Assembly (NCBI GenBank): GCA_001949185.1
Contig: BDGG01000006.1
Coordinates: 2,276,827-2,340,826, forward strand
Length of the DNA stretch: 64,000 bases
Direction of reading: 5' to 3'
Source of the DNA: Ramazzottius varieornatus
Taxonomy: Eukaryota; Animalia; Tardigrada
Shown here: positions 49,583-63,101 of the stretch, piece after piece
Layout: the number at the start of each line of letters is the position of its first letter
Position numbering within the stretch: position 1 is the stretch's first letter
Notes under the pieces: generated by a model
Database searches by the model: none
What the model saw: the letters and a program-made list of their open reading frames with translations, nothing else
Told to the model about the DNA's origin: nothing
Translations under genes and position numbers: made by a program

Positions 49583-51872
49583 TTAGCCGCCTATTTTAAT
49601 TTCTTTGTCAGTGCCGTCGTCAATATTCGGCGGACCGTATCCCGGTTCGCTTTTTTCCTCGTCGACCGGCTTGTTCTTCGATGCATTCTGAGAAGTAGAC
49701 CCTTTCTTCGAATCTTTACTCTCCGTTAGGTCTCCGTGCGAGCTGGAGGACAACTTTGACGTTTCATACAAAAACCTCCGGAGCTTAGATACCGGCACGT
49801 AGCCGGGCTCCATGTTACTCTCATCATCCGTCATCGGCGGCTTTTTCCTTTGTGTTCCATCCAGCCTGTCTGGTGCAAAGACAGGAAATCTTTTATCAAA
49901 ATCACTTTGGGGCAAGCCGTCAACGCTCTCAGGTTGCTGTTGTTGCGGTGTCGGTAGTCTGCGTAAAGCTCCGCTAGGTGATGGTCGTCGGTTCGGCATT
50001 GGTCTTCTTCTGCGATTCGGATCAAACTGAGGTCTGTCTGGCCTTTGGTCCCTGCCGGGAGGGCGTTCTTCTACATCTCGGTCCGGTGCCTGAGGCGGTT
50101 CTCTTGGACGCTGGGACTTCTGGAATAATGGTTTTCTAACCAACGTATCGTCATTCCATGGCTGAACGCTTCTGTCAACTCCAGCATCGGCTTCTGCCGA
50201 TTCGGCGGATTGCAATGCTTTTTCAGGCCGCTCAACTGCTGGCGAAGGAGGTCGTTCTTCAGGTGGCGGGCCTTCTGAAATCTGTTGTATGGGACGTCGA
50301 ACCATGGGCCGTTGTGGTCGATTTTGAGGCGGAGGTCGCCTGTTTATTTCCGAAGGGATCTGTTGCTGTACTGAAGGTCTTCCTTCTTGCGGCGGAAACT
50401 GCGGCCGGTTTTGTAGAGCACGTTGTCGCGATACTTGTTGCTCTTTCCGGGGCTGTTCGCCACCCTCTATACCAGGCGGGCTTTCGTCTGTGGGAGGTGG
50501 CTGTCGCGGTCGCTGCGGGCGGTATTGTCGCATGGGAAAGTTTTGAGGTATCTCGCCGGCAAAAATGGGTCGACTCTGCGGAGGTGGTCCTCGCTGGCCT
50601 TCGTAATTGGGCGGGTATATTGGAGGTCCATCGCTTAACTGTTGGCGCGTTTCTTGGCCGTTAAACCCATTATCTGGGGGTAGTCTGTCTTGATCACCGT
50701 CAAAGACCGGTCGTCCGAAAAAGCGTGGACGGTACTGTGGTGGAACAGGTCCTTGTTCGAGTTGATCGGGTTGTTGCATAAACGGAGGCACCATAAATCG
50801 TCGCGGTCGTTGTCGTGGATCTTGTTGTTGAAATTCCGGTGGAAGCTCTTGCTGTCGCAGAACCAGATCTTGTTCACTTAGTCTAGAAAAAACTTGTCCT
50901 GAAGCTGCGTCGCGGTTGTCCGAAAAAGCGGAATCTGCAAGGAGAAACACGTTTACGAAATGACAAGATATCAAGATAATTCCATCGTGCCAGACAAAAG
51001 GACATTAATTTTGTAAGTAAATCCCGCCTGCGCGATCGAATTTTGCAGTCACAACTTCGGCGTATAGTAGTCAGAAAAAACAGCATTGATGGATGCGAAA
51101 CAAACAAACCTGATCCGTCTGAGCTCTTCTCCGCATTCGTATCACTTTGGCTTTGCTCCCTCGACCGTAACTTCTGCTTTGCAATGGCGGCGCGTCTTCT
51201 GTATTCTTGCTCTGCCGCAACTCGTCGCTGCTGCGCATCGACCAGCCGATAATCGAAAAACATCGGTCGGTCGTTTGTCCGAAACAACGGTTGCTGCTGC
51301 TCCGGACGTTGCGACTGCCTCGTTAAGATATACCCGCCATTGTGTGTCTCCAAAAAATCTTCGTTTCTTCTGGTCGAAGCAGCCGGTACTCTCTGCATAA
51401 AATTCCAGTCTTTGGTTGCGTCATATGCCGTGACCACAGCGGCATCTTGTCCGATCGAAGATGAGGCTAGATCTTGATTGTTTAGTTCGTCGAGCATCCA
51501 ATGTCTGGGTTCTCTTGATGGTCCATCAAGTGTTCGCGCTGTTCGCGAAGAGCGACCACCTTTGACAGCGCTAAACGAAGAAGATCCAATGTCCAGCTCA
51601 TTACTTTGTTTCGTGAAGGACGAAGCAGATTTCTTGAAGGTGATAACGGGAACCAAAGATGGTTCCGCTTTGATCAACCGGCGTCTTTCTGCAGGTGCGT
51701 AGAAATTTTCGAACTGCTGAGGATCAAAGTTACTTTGCGCTCCTTCCCAAGGAAATTGGCCCTTGACGAGATTTAGTACAGTGGCGAAGCCGAGTGCCAC
51801 GGGTAGAAACGATATCTGTAACGGAATAAAGACGTCAGAACGAATCAGGGACCAAAGCAATTGACTTACCAT
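49583..51872 (-). CDS. Secreted, intrinsically disordered Pro/Arg/Gln-rich protein of unknown function
   Basis: ATG|gtaag micro-exon at 51872-51870 joined to ISFLPVALGFATVLNLVKG (signal peptide); two long open exons (about 51815-51110 and 50935-49583) with low-complexity composition. Confidence 0.7.
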
Positions 51873-52842
51873 TTTTCTCCGCCGCAGCACATGAAAGCGA
51901 AATTCCGATCACATTGTAAATGAAAACGTAGAAGTTTCAGATTACGGTAGACCAACGCACTTGGTTTCATGTAGTAATTAAGTGGGGCAGTGAAACAGAA
52001 AATTGCCTCAGAGATACCTCGCTTGCGCGTCCGAGCACATCATGTAGGTTTTTCGATGCGCCTGGATGACACAAGAATAAGAGCACATCCGAGCCATGGA
52101 CGCGCTGTACAGTACGTACGTCTTGCCACTCATCTTTGACGATACTATTCAGCTGCTCGTCGGTTGGGCGGAAAATCACTAGTCAGAAGTCTACGCTTCG
52201 GCATCCACTCCCAGACCACAGTACTACTGAAAATGTACCTTGTAATGGGCCCGGGAGGCCGCTGGAGCCAGTTCGCCGCTTTCCGAATGAGAACGTTGTC
52301 TCTTTCAGTCAAAAATTTAGCGGGAAAAGGAAGACCATTTACGGCTGGAAAGCGCAAATTCAAACGAAGAAGCAAACTTTTGTAAAATTTTCGGATAATG
52401 AATTCGAGGAAGAGGGCGGGACTCACCTGGATTAGTGGTGACGTCACCGAGTATGTCACATGGATGACTCATCAGGATGCCCCATTAGCAGTACAGTATG
52501 ACAAGAAGGACAGCTGTTGCTCGTGCCTGGGCGGTGTACCCCTCAAATCCCAGCAGGCTCTCTTGGACGTTCAGCTACTCCTGCCACAAACTTCGGCTTT
52601 TTTTTCCAGCCGTGGTTCCCAAATCTTCCTTAAAACGTTAGGTTAACTTATCGGTGTTTGAAGAGCATTCTCCTCCCGGTACAAACCAGCCGTGGATCGT
52701 GGTGGCTGTGCAGGTAGGATGGCTTGCGCGAAATCAGCAATATCCGATGCTGCAGTCTAGTTTATCTTGAGACGTTCGCCGTTTATTATCCTTTAGATTA
52801 CTTCAAGTGTCTTCCTTTAAGGTATTGAGGTGGCTGTTAGAG

Positions 52843-55800
52843 ATGGATGACATCCTGAAGCTGAAGAAGGGCGACATTATTCCATGCTTTACCTGTCGTC
52901 TGTGCGATGGGGTGTTGATCGACGCCACCACCTTGCCAGAATGTCACCACGCATGTGCGTCTACGGTTGATTGATCAGGATAATTTTCGCGCTCGAATAA
53001 TATCAATACGTCTTGACGGAGAGTTTTATAATCTTATAGTATTATGTTTGCGGACTGAAATCATTTCTGGTGTTTTTCCAGTCTGTCGCTCATGCCTGGT
53101 ACACTACTGCACGCGAACCAACGTCGATGTCTTTACCTGTCCGGTGCTGGACTGTGGTGCTGAAATTCACACGTCAAGACCATTGGAGAAGATCAAGTAA
53201 GTTCGGTTTCTTCTGGCTGGCCGACACTTGATTTAGCTGCATTTCATTTCCGATCGAAGCTTACCAAGCAGGACAGGTTTATCGTTTATCAAAGACACTA
53301 AAATTCGGCGTCGTTGGGGTTACCACAATTGTAATTGACTTTCCGTAGTTTAGTCTAGTGCCAAACGCTTTTCGATTGCAGAAACGATACAACTTTGCAA
53401 ACCGTGGTTTATAAATTGTTTCCAGATGCCTATGAAGGTACGGCGGCGTTTTCAGTTTTTTTTTGCTGTCTGGTCTGCGTACCCGTCAGACTGTACCCCC
53501 TTCCCTTACAGACGAAATGCTAAAGCGCCGAGAGTTTTACCGATTGCACCCGCAGACAGGTAATGGACAGTTGCTTAAGAATTATCAATTGATAATTGTA
53601 GGGTGAATTTAATAGTATGGGCTACAGTGCTTTTTGCGCGCTCGCTGAGTCCTGACGTTGTTGTATTGTTTTTCAGTGTTCCCCGGCTACCTTCACATGC
53701 AGCGAGAGCTGACACGAGAAGAGCTCGGAATTATTCAGAATCCTAGCTGGCTGCCTCGACCGGTGCCCAAATCAGCCATCGTGACACTTCGATACCTATG
53801 CGTTGTCTCGTAAGGACAGTGATTTGGTTCCATCGTTTCGGTATGAAAGACCGCGTTTCACATGTGCGCAACTCACTTGTTTCAGTGATCGTGCACCGGC
53901 CCCGAAACGACTCCTGGAGAAAGATGTGCAGGTCAGTCGAGCCTATCGAAGATGACCGTACTGATTTTACCTTATGCTACAGCGGGTGGTGATATGGTCG
54001 ATTTACATGAGTTTTGAGCCGTTTTCGAAATCTGGTCGACAGTTCATCTGAGGTTCTACTTGTGACAGGTCAAGAAGCAGTCGGTACTGCGTTACTCCGT
54101 CGGGACGGACGCAACATTTGCTGACTTGAAGGAGACCGTCGGAGTCATGTTCCATCTGCCGCTAGAGTATCCCGTATGCACCCGTTAATCCTTGGGAATT
54201 ACTCGTACTAGTGCGCAGACAATTTTGATTTATTGTGTCAGGTGGTGGTCCTGCTCACAAACATCATTATGGAGGACACTTCATCTTTGAGCGACGTCAT
54301 TCGTTTCTTTCCCACAAAGCAGGTATGAATGCATAACCCTGCGTTGTGCTCAGTAATGAAAGTTTTACCGGTCGAAGTCTTTTACGAAATTCGTCAGCTG
54401 GCTGATTCCCTAACTGTGTCTTTTTGGTGTTCTGATCATTTGTTTTTTGTTCAATCCTTAGCCTGGTGCTCTGGCTTTTGACTTCGTTCTGACCGATATC
54501 ACGTCCTTTCCTGACCATGTCAGCATGGAAGCAGCCATCCTACGCACAATCCGCCGATTACCACCGGTCGGCGCGCCGATCTCAGTGACCTTTCCCTCTA
54601 CTTCAGCGTTCTCGTTTTCGGACAATGTCCCACTTTCCGCAAATCCACGCCGCTGGCGAAAGTCGAGAAAACGTGCCGGAACAAACACGTCCAACATCTC
54701 CACTATATCGAAAATGCCAAAGACCACCCTGCGCAATGAAACGCTGTACCCACCCATCCAACCTCCTTCGATCGTCAAACGAAAACGTGGCCGTCTGTTC
54801 AAGAGTTCTGCTGGTCTACAAAATGCCTCTTCATCTCGAGCCATCCTCAGTATGGCCGAAGAAGCTTATTTCGACCTGAACGGGCCGCCATCGTCGCCAG
54901 TGGCGTCGACCTCAAAGTCGCTCCAAGAAGAAAGTGACAGTGATGTAGCAATTGAGTTTCCCGTCAAGAGAAAACGTGGCCGACCCTCGACAAAGAAGCG
55001 TCCTCAAGCGTTGAAACCTGATTCGCAGCGTACGCGCCTCAACGGCATAAGCGTCAGCGATGTGCCGTTTGGCTTTCCTGCGAAGAAGACGCGTGGGCCT
55101 GATAGGAAGAAGCGAAAACCTCGTCTGCAAGTGCCAATGCAGGATGCTCAGCCTCTGGTCCTGAACGTCGACGAAGCGCAACCGTTTCCCATGGCAGCAT
55201 CCATTGCCGTATCGCAGGATGAACTTGTCCACAATGTCGAATCAGAGTACGCGGATATTTGCTCAAAATATGACCGACTCAAGTTGCAAATGCCGAAGCT
55301 CGAAGAACAGCCAGTCTCTACGGTCGAAGATGTTGTGTTGCCGGTAAAGGAATACTTCGCACAATATTTCGACGGTCCATCAAGGTCGAGCGTGAAGGAA
55401 ACTGACGACGACGACAACGACGGAGCGCTGGCCGACTTGATTCGAAAGAGTGCTGTGGAGATCGAAAGCCGTCTGGCCGCGAGCGACATGGATCTGAAGA
55501 TTGTGATCGGGAGTAGGAAACGCAACAAAAGGAAAGAAGTCAGAATGGGCGATTTGGGGAGTTCGTCAAGAGCGCAGGTGCACATGTCGGAGCGCATTCG
55601 TGCTCATCTGGACGAAATAATGGAAGGTCCAACTGAGAGTCTGTACATGGACCACGGCTATGTTGCCGAGCCCAAAGTCGAAAAGTCGGACGAAGCCCGC
55701 TCGTTCAGTGGTCCAAAAGGTGAGACCGATGCGCCATTTATCACATTTATCCATACGTTGCAGTCATGTTCGAAAACTTTTTTCCTAGTACTGATTAACT

Positions 55801-56109
55801 TATTCGTCTGTAGAGCTGGGGTATTCTTTAGCTGACTATTCTGGAAGTTTGGTCACTCAGCTCGTCACGTTGAGAGGTGATCTGGAAAGAATTTTCTGTG
55901 CAAGCAGCAAATCGGGCGGAAGACAGTCTGAAAGTACGGCTTCGGAGGGCAACGAGTTGCGTGGACAATCGGACTCTGATTCAGTGACAAGTCATGCTAG
56001 CAAAGCTTGGAGGGACCAGCAGGATGGAAAAAGCGAGAGGGGTGAAGTGTTTGAGGCACCAGCGAACAGTACTCGTTTCTTCTCGCCTTCGCTAGTCGGA
56101 TTAGCCTGA
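52843..56109 (+). CDS. Polycomb group RING finger protein (Psc/BMI1/PCGF-like) with long disordered C-terminus
   Basis: TCRLCDGVLIDATTLPECHHA|FCRSCLVHY...CP..C..EIH..RPL..IK|.DTTLQTVVYKLFP.AYE.EM.RREFY is the PCGF signature; RAWUL-like exons at about 53.7-54.3 kb; basic tail with KRKRGRPS; last exon 55813-56109. Confidence 0.9.
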
Positions 56110-57052
56110 AGTAGTGTTGGTTAATTTTGTACTGAACTCTTTGTTGTAATTTCTTTCGACTTTCCAGACTAGCTAGAGAACTACGTACAGGTTGTTTCGG
56201 AGCTTTACAGAGTTGAGACTTTGAATCTCTTATTGCAGTATTTTCGCTGTTTGTTTCTTTCGATGAACGATCGTTGAATTACCATATCACGTTTTTTAGA
56301 AAAATTTGCCGCAACTGTAAATTAAACAAACGTTCTTCGAATTAAGTTAGCTATCGACGGTATTTATTTCTAGCCGACATTCGGATTGTCGTGTACGTTG
56401 TTTGCTGGCAAATACATCATTCGAGCGAGACGGGTCACAGATTGCAGCAACTGGCGCTGGGAAGCTAGCCCAATCCAGTTTTCGCACCTGAGCTTATTCT
56501 GGCTTGAGTACTACGGCGTGAGTCTTCGGAAACTTGGTATACTGTAGGGTAACAACGCAACGTGACAGCTGAGGTTTTCCATTCTGGCAAAGTTCAGCTC
56601 ACCATACCGACGGTATTCTCGTACACACGAGCCACGTGATTTTTCAAAAAGCGTAAGGTATCTTACTACAATGTAACAGATGCATCCCTGCAGATGCAAA
56701 CTTTTGACTAGCAGTGGTCTTCACAAGACTACAGCTCCGGTGTACAACTTACGCTCCAAATAAACTAATCAAAAACTTCCCCTGCAGGAATGCATTCCTT
56801 ACACTGCAGTATGGTGACATAGGTTGCTCTGTAGGCCTGTTGATGAACCTGTAGACAATGTCGATTGCGCAGAGGCATGTACGAGTACTCGAAATTGACA
56901 AAATTCGCAGTAGTCACCATAATCAAGTTTCACGGCGTTAGGGCGCCCGGCTACAGCTGCTGATAAGATAATAACAATAGTATGTCGATGGCGCTGGAAT
57001 TCTGCGCAAAACTATCTACGAAACAAAATCGGACCTAGCTGTCTCGTCAAAG

Positions 57053-58261
57053 ATGGTTCTCATTACGGTTATCTACCGCATATTTAACCGAAGCCCTCAA
57101 GGCCGCACCTCTCAGCCGCTCGAGCAGGCTTGACGAATAAGTTTGGCTCACATATCGATATTCGGACTGGAGCGATGCAGCCGGACAACAACACGCCGGA
57201 GCAATTGCCGATCGACTTCACTCGGCCATCGAGGTTCATTATTGATTTCACCCAAGTCCGACCCAGACCAAAACCCAGCGCATCATCCTGCGTCAGACGT
57301 TTTATCGCGGAAAGCGGTTCGTGTTCAGGCTGACGCTGTATCCAGCTGTCGCCGGCCTTCCGTATCTGAGAATCCAAAGGATTATCTGAAAATCCGATCG
57401 CGACGCTTGAATCCACAAGATGTCTTGTACGAGGGGAGACACAATGCCTTTACTAGGAAGCCACCTGTTGCATTGCACGATGGGGTTACTAGGAAATGGT
57501 ATCCACCCGTTAGCCCTGTCGGGTATGGTTGCACTGCAGAGCGTCCCTCACAACGCATCACACCTTCTGCACGTCACTTCGGACGTAGCGGTGGTCCCGG
57601 AACCCTTCAAGCTACTACATCAGATCTTCTACCGCAACAAACTGTGCACGGAAAATCTGCAAAACACCATGGACCAAGAGAACCTTCGAGCCCCAAAGGG
57701 ATCCCAGCTAGGTCAGTTGTCCATGCACCGACTTCGAAGCTAAATTCCCGCGTCACAAAAAGCCTCTCAACGGCATTGCCTTCGAATTCCAGCAGTTTCA
57801 AAGAGACACCTACACGCAAACGAAGGGAAAACAAGCTGCAGTTAAATATTGCTAAAACTCTGCCACAGTCTGGTACGATAGTATCCGAGAAACCTGTGTT
57901 ACCCGTGGCCAAAACTTCAGCGGAGACCGCCGGAATCGAAAAAGAACGAAAAAGTTCACCCTCTTCCAGAGAGGAAAAGCTGGAACTGTGCAGGTCCCAT
58001 CTCAGTTATGGCTACCAGGATGGGCCATGTCCCAACTCACGTATTGTTTTCAACGTGGACCCAGTCCGTCAGCCCGCCTGTACCCTTCCACGGCTGCCGC
58101 TGCCAGCGACCAAATTCACCACAGGCCAGGTTCGCCTCTCCAGTTCCAGTTCCACTTCCACACACCGAAAAGACGTCTGGGGAACTACCGCTCGCAAGAT
58201 GGCTGGTGTGGCGGTTGCTGTCTGGCTGACTTATAGTTTCGTGACATACCGCTGTCGGTAA
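57053..58261 (+). CDS. Hypothetical basic Ser/Pro-rich protein with C-terminal hydrophobic segment; 5' end unresolved
   Basis: 372-codon open frame ending MAGVAVAVWLTYSFVTYRCR, AATAAA about 40 bp after the stop; the in-frame ATG at 57053 is separated from it by TGA at 57131. Confidence 0.4.
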
Positions 58262-58560
58262 CATCTTTCCCTTTCAAATATATTAATACTATGGCGGTGA
58301 AATAATAAATTAAAACCGAAGCTGGAAAACGCATGTCCAACTATTCATTCAAGACTGAACATTACGGCGGCCGTCGTCTTTTCATTACTGCTTGTTGTGA
58401 AGAAGTAATACAGTTTGGCATGAAGTTAAGGGGGATAGTCTAACGTGAGTGATTAATTTAAGCACATTTCGCGTAACTTGAACGAAATTTAGGCTTGCGT
58501 TGAGGGACTACCGAGTAATGAATCAGCCGATCTGCAACGTGCAGCAAGACAAAACAACCG

Positions 58561-58632
58561 ACCATGGCAGGGAATCGAACCCGCGTTTTCTGTGTCTAAG
58601 TTACAGCCTTATCAACCGAGACAGCTGGTATC
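58561..58632 (-). pseudogene. Degenerate tRNA-like sequence (tRNA pseudogene or SINE head)
   Basis: Minus strand has B-box GGGTTCGATTCCC, A-box-like TGTCTCGGTTGATAAGG and ACCA..TGGT ends; the anticodon arm does not fold canonically. Confidence 0.4.
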
Positions 58633-58986
58633 ATGACCAAGCAAATTTAATGGCAAGCTGGTCTCAGATGGACACGATGATAGCAGCTTCACAGTGATCC
58701 CAAATGAACTTTCGGACCCCCGGCCCAAACCCACTGGTGGACCCTCAACTTTAGGCACCCAGTTGCAAGGGTACAGCCCCTACTGACGGATCATGGCACA
58801 AACTTTTTGACTGGCGGCTTCCATGGTCCAAACAATTTTAACTCTTTTTAGCAGTCAGAATTCAGAAATTCCAATGTCTCACGGTTCTGATGGTCAGGGC
58901 GGGCTAATTAGCGGACCAAAACGCCTTAACGGTTCGGCTCGGCTCCTCACGCCGAGTTAAATTTAAAATATTTAATCGGCAAAGTA

Positions 58987-61609
58987 CAGGTTGATTCTGA
59001 TTGCTTCGACGGGTTTTGAACAGCTACAGAAAATTCCGCTATTGCTTCCGTGCTCTCGAATTACGTTCACCTGTAGCTCTAATTGTTAAAAACCTTCTTT
59101 AGAAATGTAATCCAGATCGTATGAGTGAGAAAAAACCAAGTACGAAAAACTTTGAAGGACCCGGAAATCAGGGGTCGTTTTCGAAATGATACATAGAGGG
59201 TTCAACAAGTTCTAAAGCTGATTCTACCACAAATTACGGATTCGCCCGAACTTCACAACTTTTCAGAATAAGCACCATCAACCTCTTTGCAACGTTTAGA
59301 TCAAGAAACCCCGTCGCCAAACATTTCCTGGTAGAAGTTTTTATCAAAAGAAGCAAGAGCATCGTCACTAGCGCTATCGAGCTCCTCTTCCGTCGAACAT
59401 TTTTTCCCTTTAACAGATCTTTTAGTTTGGGGAACGGCTAAAAATCGCAGGCAGATACCTTTGGAGAATGAGGGGGATGAACAATAATATCGAGCTCCTG
59501 CTCGGCCAAAAGTTCCGATATTGTAAGTGCGCTATGTCATTTCGCGTCGTCGTGGTGAAGCAGTTTCCCCCGAAACCCGCCTTTTGGACGTCCGTTTCTC
59601 AGGATCTCACACAGCGGTTTCAAACAGTTTTCGATGTAAGACGCAGCATTCGTCGACGGTTTACGAGGTAGCTTTGTTTTGAAAGTAACTCCGTTCCGAC
59701 CCAGGAAAAAGTTAGACATACGATTCTTGATGCTCTTCGGTGCCGTACAACCATGGGTGCGTCACTGTCTTTTTCGACCCATTCCTTATTGTATTCCTTC
59801 CGTTTCGGGTCGTAATAATAGATACAAGATTCATCGCTAGTCACCACATCGCGCTTGAGGATATGAAGCATCTGCTCACATCTACGTACTTTTTGCTGAC
59901 GTTGGTTCTCCGTCAGTCCATGAGGTACCCAGGGAGCACCAATTTCTTGCAAATTAAGATGACCGTGTAATTTGTGTTCAGCCGTTCCCACTGAAATATC
60001 CAGTTTCTGCGTTTCTGCGCTATATTCCTGACGGTGGTGTGACGATCTTCTTTCATCAGCTTGCGTGTCAAAGTAATCTTTTGTCGGTGCGCGCCGTAAC
60101 AGCAGCCCCAGTGCATCTTCCAGATCGAAAATCTTTCGATGAAGAGTTCTGTACCAGTACTCAGCAGTTGATTTCGATGAAGATTCATCCCCCAACACTT
60201 TACTCATCCTCTCGAAGCATTCCCGCGTCGTCAAGTTCCGCTTGAAATTACACAGTATGAAGCTTCGGTGAAACGGCTCATCCTAGTGCGCCATGTTAAC
60301 GGGGAAAGTGAAAAGTTCGTCAGGTGCTAAAATTGAAATTTACGATTCCTTGCGAGTTTGAAGTCTATTCACTCGGTCTTTTGGTAATGATCCGTAAACA
60401 GGTCAGCCCTTTTTTTGGATAGTGGCATAAGAATCTAGGCCAACTGGGGTAGTCACGCATTAAAACTTATTGAACCCCCTATGTATTTTGCCCAAGTCCG
60501 GGTTTGTGCGTCACTGTACGAAGCTTCCGAGAATATTCCGTGCATGCAATCTTGTTGGGACAGCATTTCACCACACGATAAGAAGAATGCCTTCTCATAT
60601 TTCTGTTTCTGACCATTAAACGACGTGGTAAGCAAAGAATTGAAACAGTTTCGGGAACCATTTGTGCTTGGTTCTTTGGCCATTTATTAAGAGTGTTCTA
60701 TCGGTTTTTATCAATTAACACAAACATTTTTGTGTCGCATAAAAATGATTTGCAGTAACTTGACAGTTTTACACGTCCATCAGAAATGTTTTTCTCACTG
60801 AGGCCAGTCTTCACCAGCAAAATACATAGGTGGTTTTCTGCCAATCACACGGATAAGCTAATCAATGTTTTGACGATAAGGCCTACGTAGGTCGCAAGAT
60901 CTAGAGATGCTCTACCGAACGAGCTGAGGTACGGTTGCAACGAGACAGAAACAGATGTACTACATACTGTAGTGCTCGCAGTTTATCGCGCACTCAACCA
61001 CGTGATTAGTCAGGTTTGCCCGGCAAGATCAGCTGTTGCCAGAAGGGTGTGAGTTGATTGACTTTATTGGGTCGTCAGTTATTTTGAAAAACGATCCGGT
61101 CCGAATTCCAGTTTCTTTCACTGGATCCGAAGGTAGAAAACATTGTCATGGCTAGGACCCGTATATTTATGCCGATGAGGATGCGGAGAAAGCTTTGAGG
61201 AACTATGAAGAGATCGGATTATCGAGGAGAAAGCATGCGAAGCTTACAGGAATTCCGGAATCAGCCATGCGCAGCTGGTGGTGGGTCGAATGATACCTGT
61301 TCCGTAAGCAGCTGATAAGCTTCACGGAACCTCATGTTTTTGCTTCACAAAGCAAAGATTCCGGGCAAGCGAGGACCGGAGAAAAGTGAGCAGATACCGG
61401 AAACGCTCCAGATGGAAATGAGCAATTTGAGTTGACTTTTCAGAATAACACTTGTCTTAACCGATGGCCAATCATTGATTGTTGATTAAGCAGTACAACG
61501 TCTAAAATCCCCGATCGGGCGTTATTTACTGTTCACGTGGTTGAGTGCGCGATAAACTGCGAGCACTACAGTAATTCCAAAAGCCGTCGAAGTAATCGGA
61601 ATCAACCTG
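58987..61609 (-). mobile_element. Decayed mariner element with nested insertions
   Basis: TIRs caggttgattctgattgcttcgacgggttttgaa / ttccaaaagccgtcgaagtaatcggaatcaacctg, with TA on the left; transposase relic at about 59250-60290 with WVPHGL, TSDES.IYY, LLHHDDA and HPPHSP...CDF, broken by frameshifts and stops. Confidence 0.9.
60967..61571 (+). mobile_element. pogo/Tigger-like non-autonomous element
   Basis: Perfect 39-bp TIRs ctgtagtgctcgcagtttatcgcgcactcaaccacgtga with TA TSD; internal HTH_psq-like relic YADEDAEKALRNYEEIGLSRRKHAKLTGIPESAMRSW (about 61168-61280). Confidence 0.85.
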
Positions 61610-61647
61610 AATTAACACCCTAAATACCAAGCTTTTTGTGTCGGCAG

Positions 61648-62134
61648 ATTACCAGCGTACTCACAGTGAGCACAGAACTTTAACTGAAGGAAATTTGAAG
61701 GCGTAACCCAGATTAACCAATAGACAACTTTCAGAATTCCGAAATTGTGAAGATTGGCAGGCCGTAAAGGAAAACGTGGGAAAAGTAGCCCTGGCCGTTT
61801 TGATTTTTTTCTGGACGCACCGATGACACCAAGTTTGTCCCAGGCCTAGTATCGGTAGAGGAAGCTCTCCTCAGTGTTTCATTTTTCTCTAAACAGATGG
61901 TAGCTATGTATCTCGAGCAAAGACAGGAAACCTAAAATACTCCCGAAACTGCCCGAAATCGTGAGGATGTTTTCCAGCCTGCGGAAGTTGTACTGACCAG
62001 TGGTCATCAGCTGCGCTTCGGTGATACGACCGCAGACCAGGCAATGAAAAAAAGTTTGGTTCAAACCAGGCAAAATGAAAATTATAGGGAGCGAAAAAGT
62101 GCCGTATTGTACTCACAGTGAGTACGGTGGTAAT
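61648..62134. mobile_element. MITE with attacca(g/c)cgtactcacagtgag termini
   Basis: Inverted ends attaccagcgtactcacagtgagcaca / tgtactcacagtgagtacggtggtaat. Confidence 0.75.
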
Positions 62135-62592
62135 CAGGGTGTTAACTTACACAAGTTCACTCATCTCAAACCATTGACAGGGAAATCCAGCAGGAGAATC
62201 ATCATGTAACATTGCTGCTCCTACTGTGTGCTTACCTCAATATCTTCCTGTTCAGCGAAGTTACAACACATTAACGAACCAACGTTTTAACGTTCATGAA
62301 ATCAAAGCTAACAATCCGCTCATACAGTACCGGTTGCTACGATCAAGTACCGTTCAAAAACAAAATGAGCGTGAATGGCCAACAAATTAAAATTATTCGG
62401 CCAGCCTCCTACTGGCCTCACGAAGCTACTGTTTCCTTCACCCCAGATAATTTTCCGGCCTGTCGAGGCTGAGGGTCTGGACTTTGGGACAGACGGGGCC
62501 TCGTCAGCCTCATGGGTCAACGCGCCCCGGCCTAAATTAGATGCTCCCATACAAGCCTTTCATCTGATTCACAAAGGGATTATGCCCGTCCT

Positions 62593-63083
62593 GACGTCCC
62601 GATAGTCAGACCGTCCCGGCAAAACAATAGAAGGGAATCTCTTCTATGATCTGAGCTGGATAACTAAATCCCTCTATGATCCTGAATGCACTACACGACT
62701 CTGAAATCAAAGTCCATTGACATCTCCAGTGTGCCGCGATGACGTAAAGTTCTTTGATTGCGAGTGGTGACTGAAAACATGCCAAACAGGTTGCTCAGCT
62801 GAACACGACAACCGAACAGCGTGCCAAAAACTTGGCCGAAGATGCGCGATAGCACACCATTCAATTTTTCGATAAGATAGATCGGCTGAGTTGGAATCTG
62901 TTCAATCAAGCTCCCAATCAAAGAGCCCACGTGACTGCAGTGGTTTAGGTCCGTCACTTCCGAGTGCTGAAATTTATTCCACGATCATCAGGGGATCATT
63001 AGGGGATTTAGCTTCCGAGCTCAGATCATAGAAGAGACTCTCTGCCTATCGTTTTGCCAGGACGGTTTGGCTATCGGGACGTC
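62593..63083. mobile_element. MITE with about 90-bp imperfect TIRs
   Basis: gacgtcccgatagtcagaccgtcccggcaaaac...ctcttctatgatctgagct...ctaaatccc is mirrored by gggatttag...agctcagatcatagaagag...gttttgccaggacggtttggctatcgggacgtc. Confidence 0.8.
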
Positions 63084-63101
63084 CCCTCGTGAACAGCTCT
63101 A

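Noticed and set aside
60905-60935. tRNA 5'-half-like AGCTCGTTCGGTAGAGCA on the minus strand
   Set aside because: No T-arm or B-box; at most a fragment.
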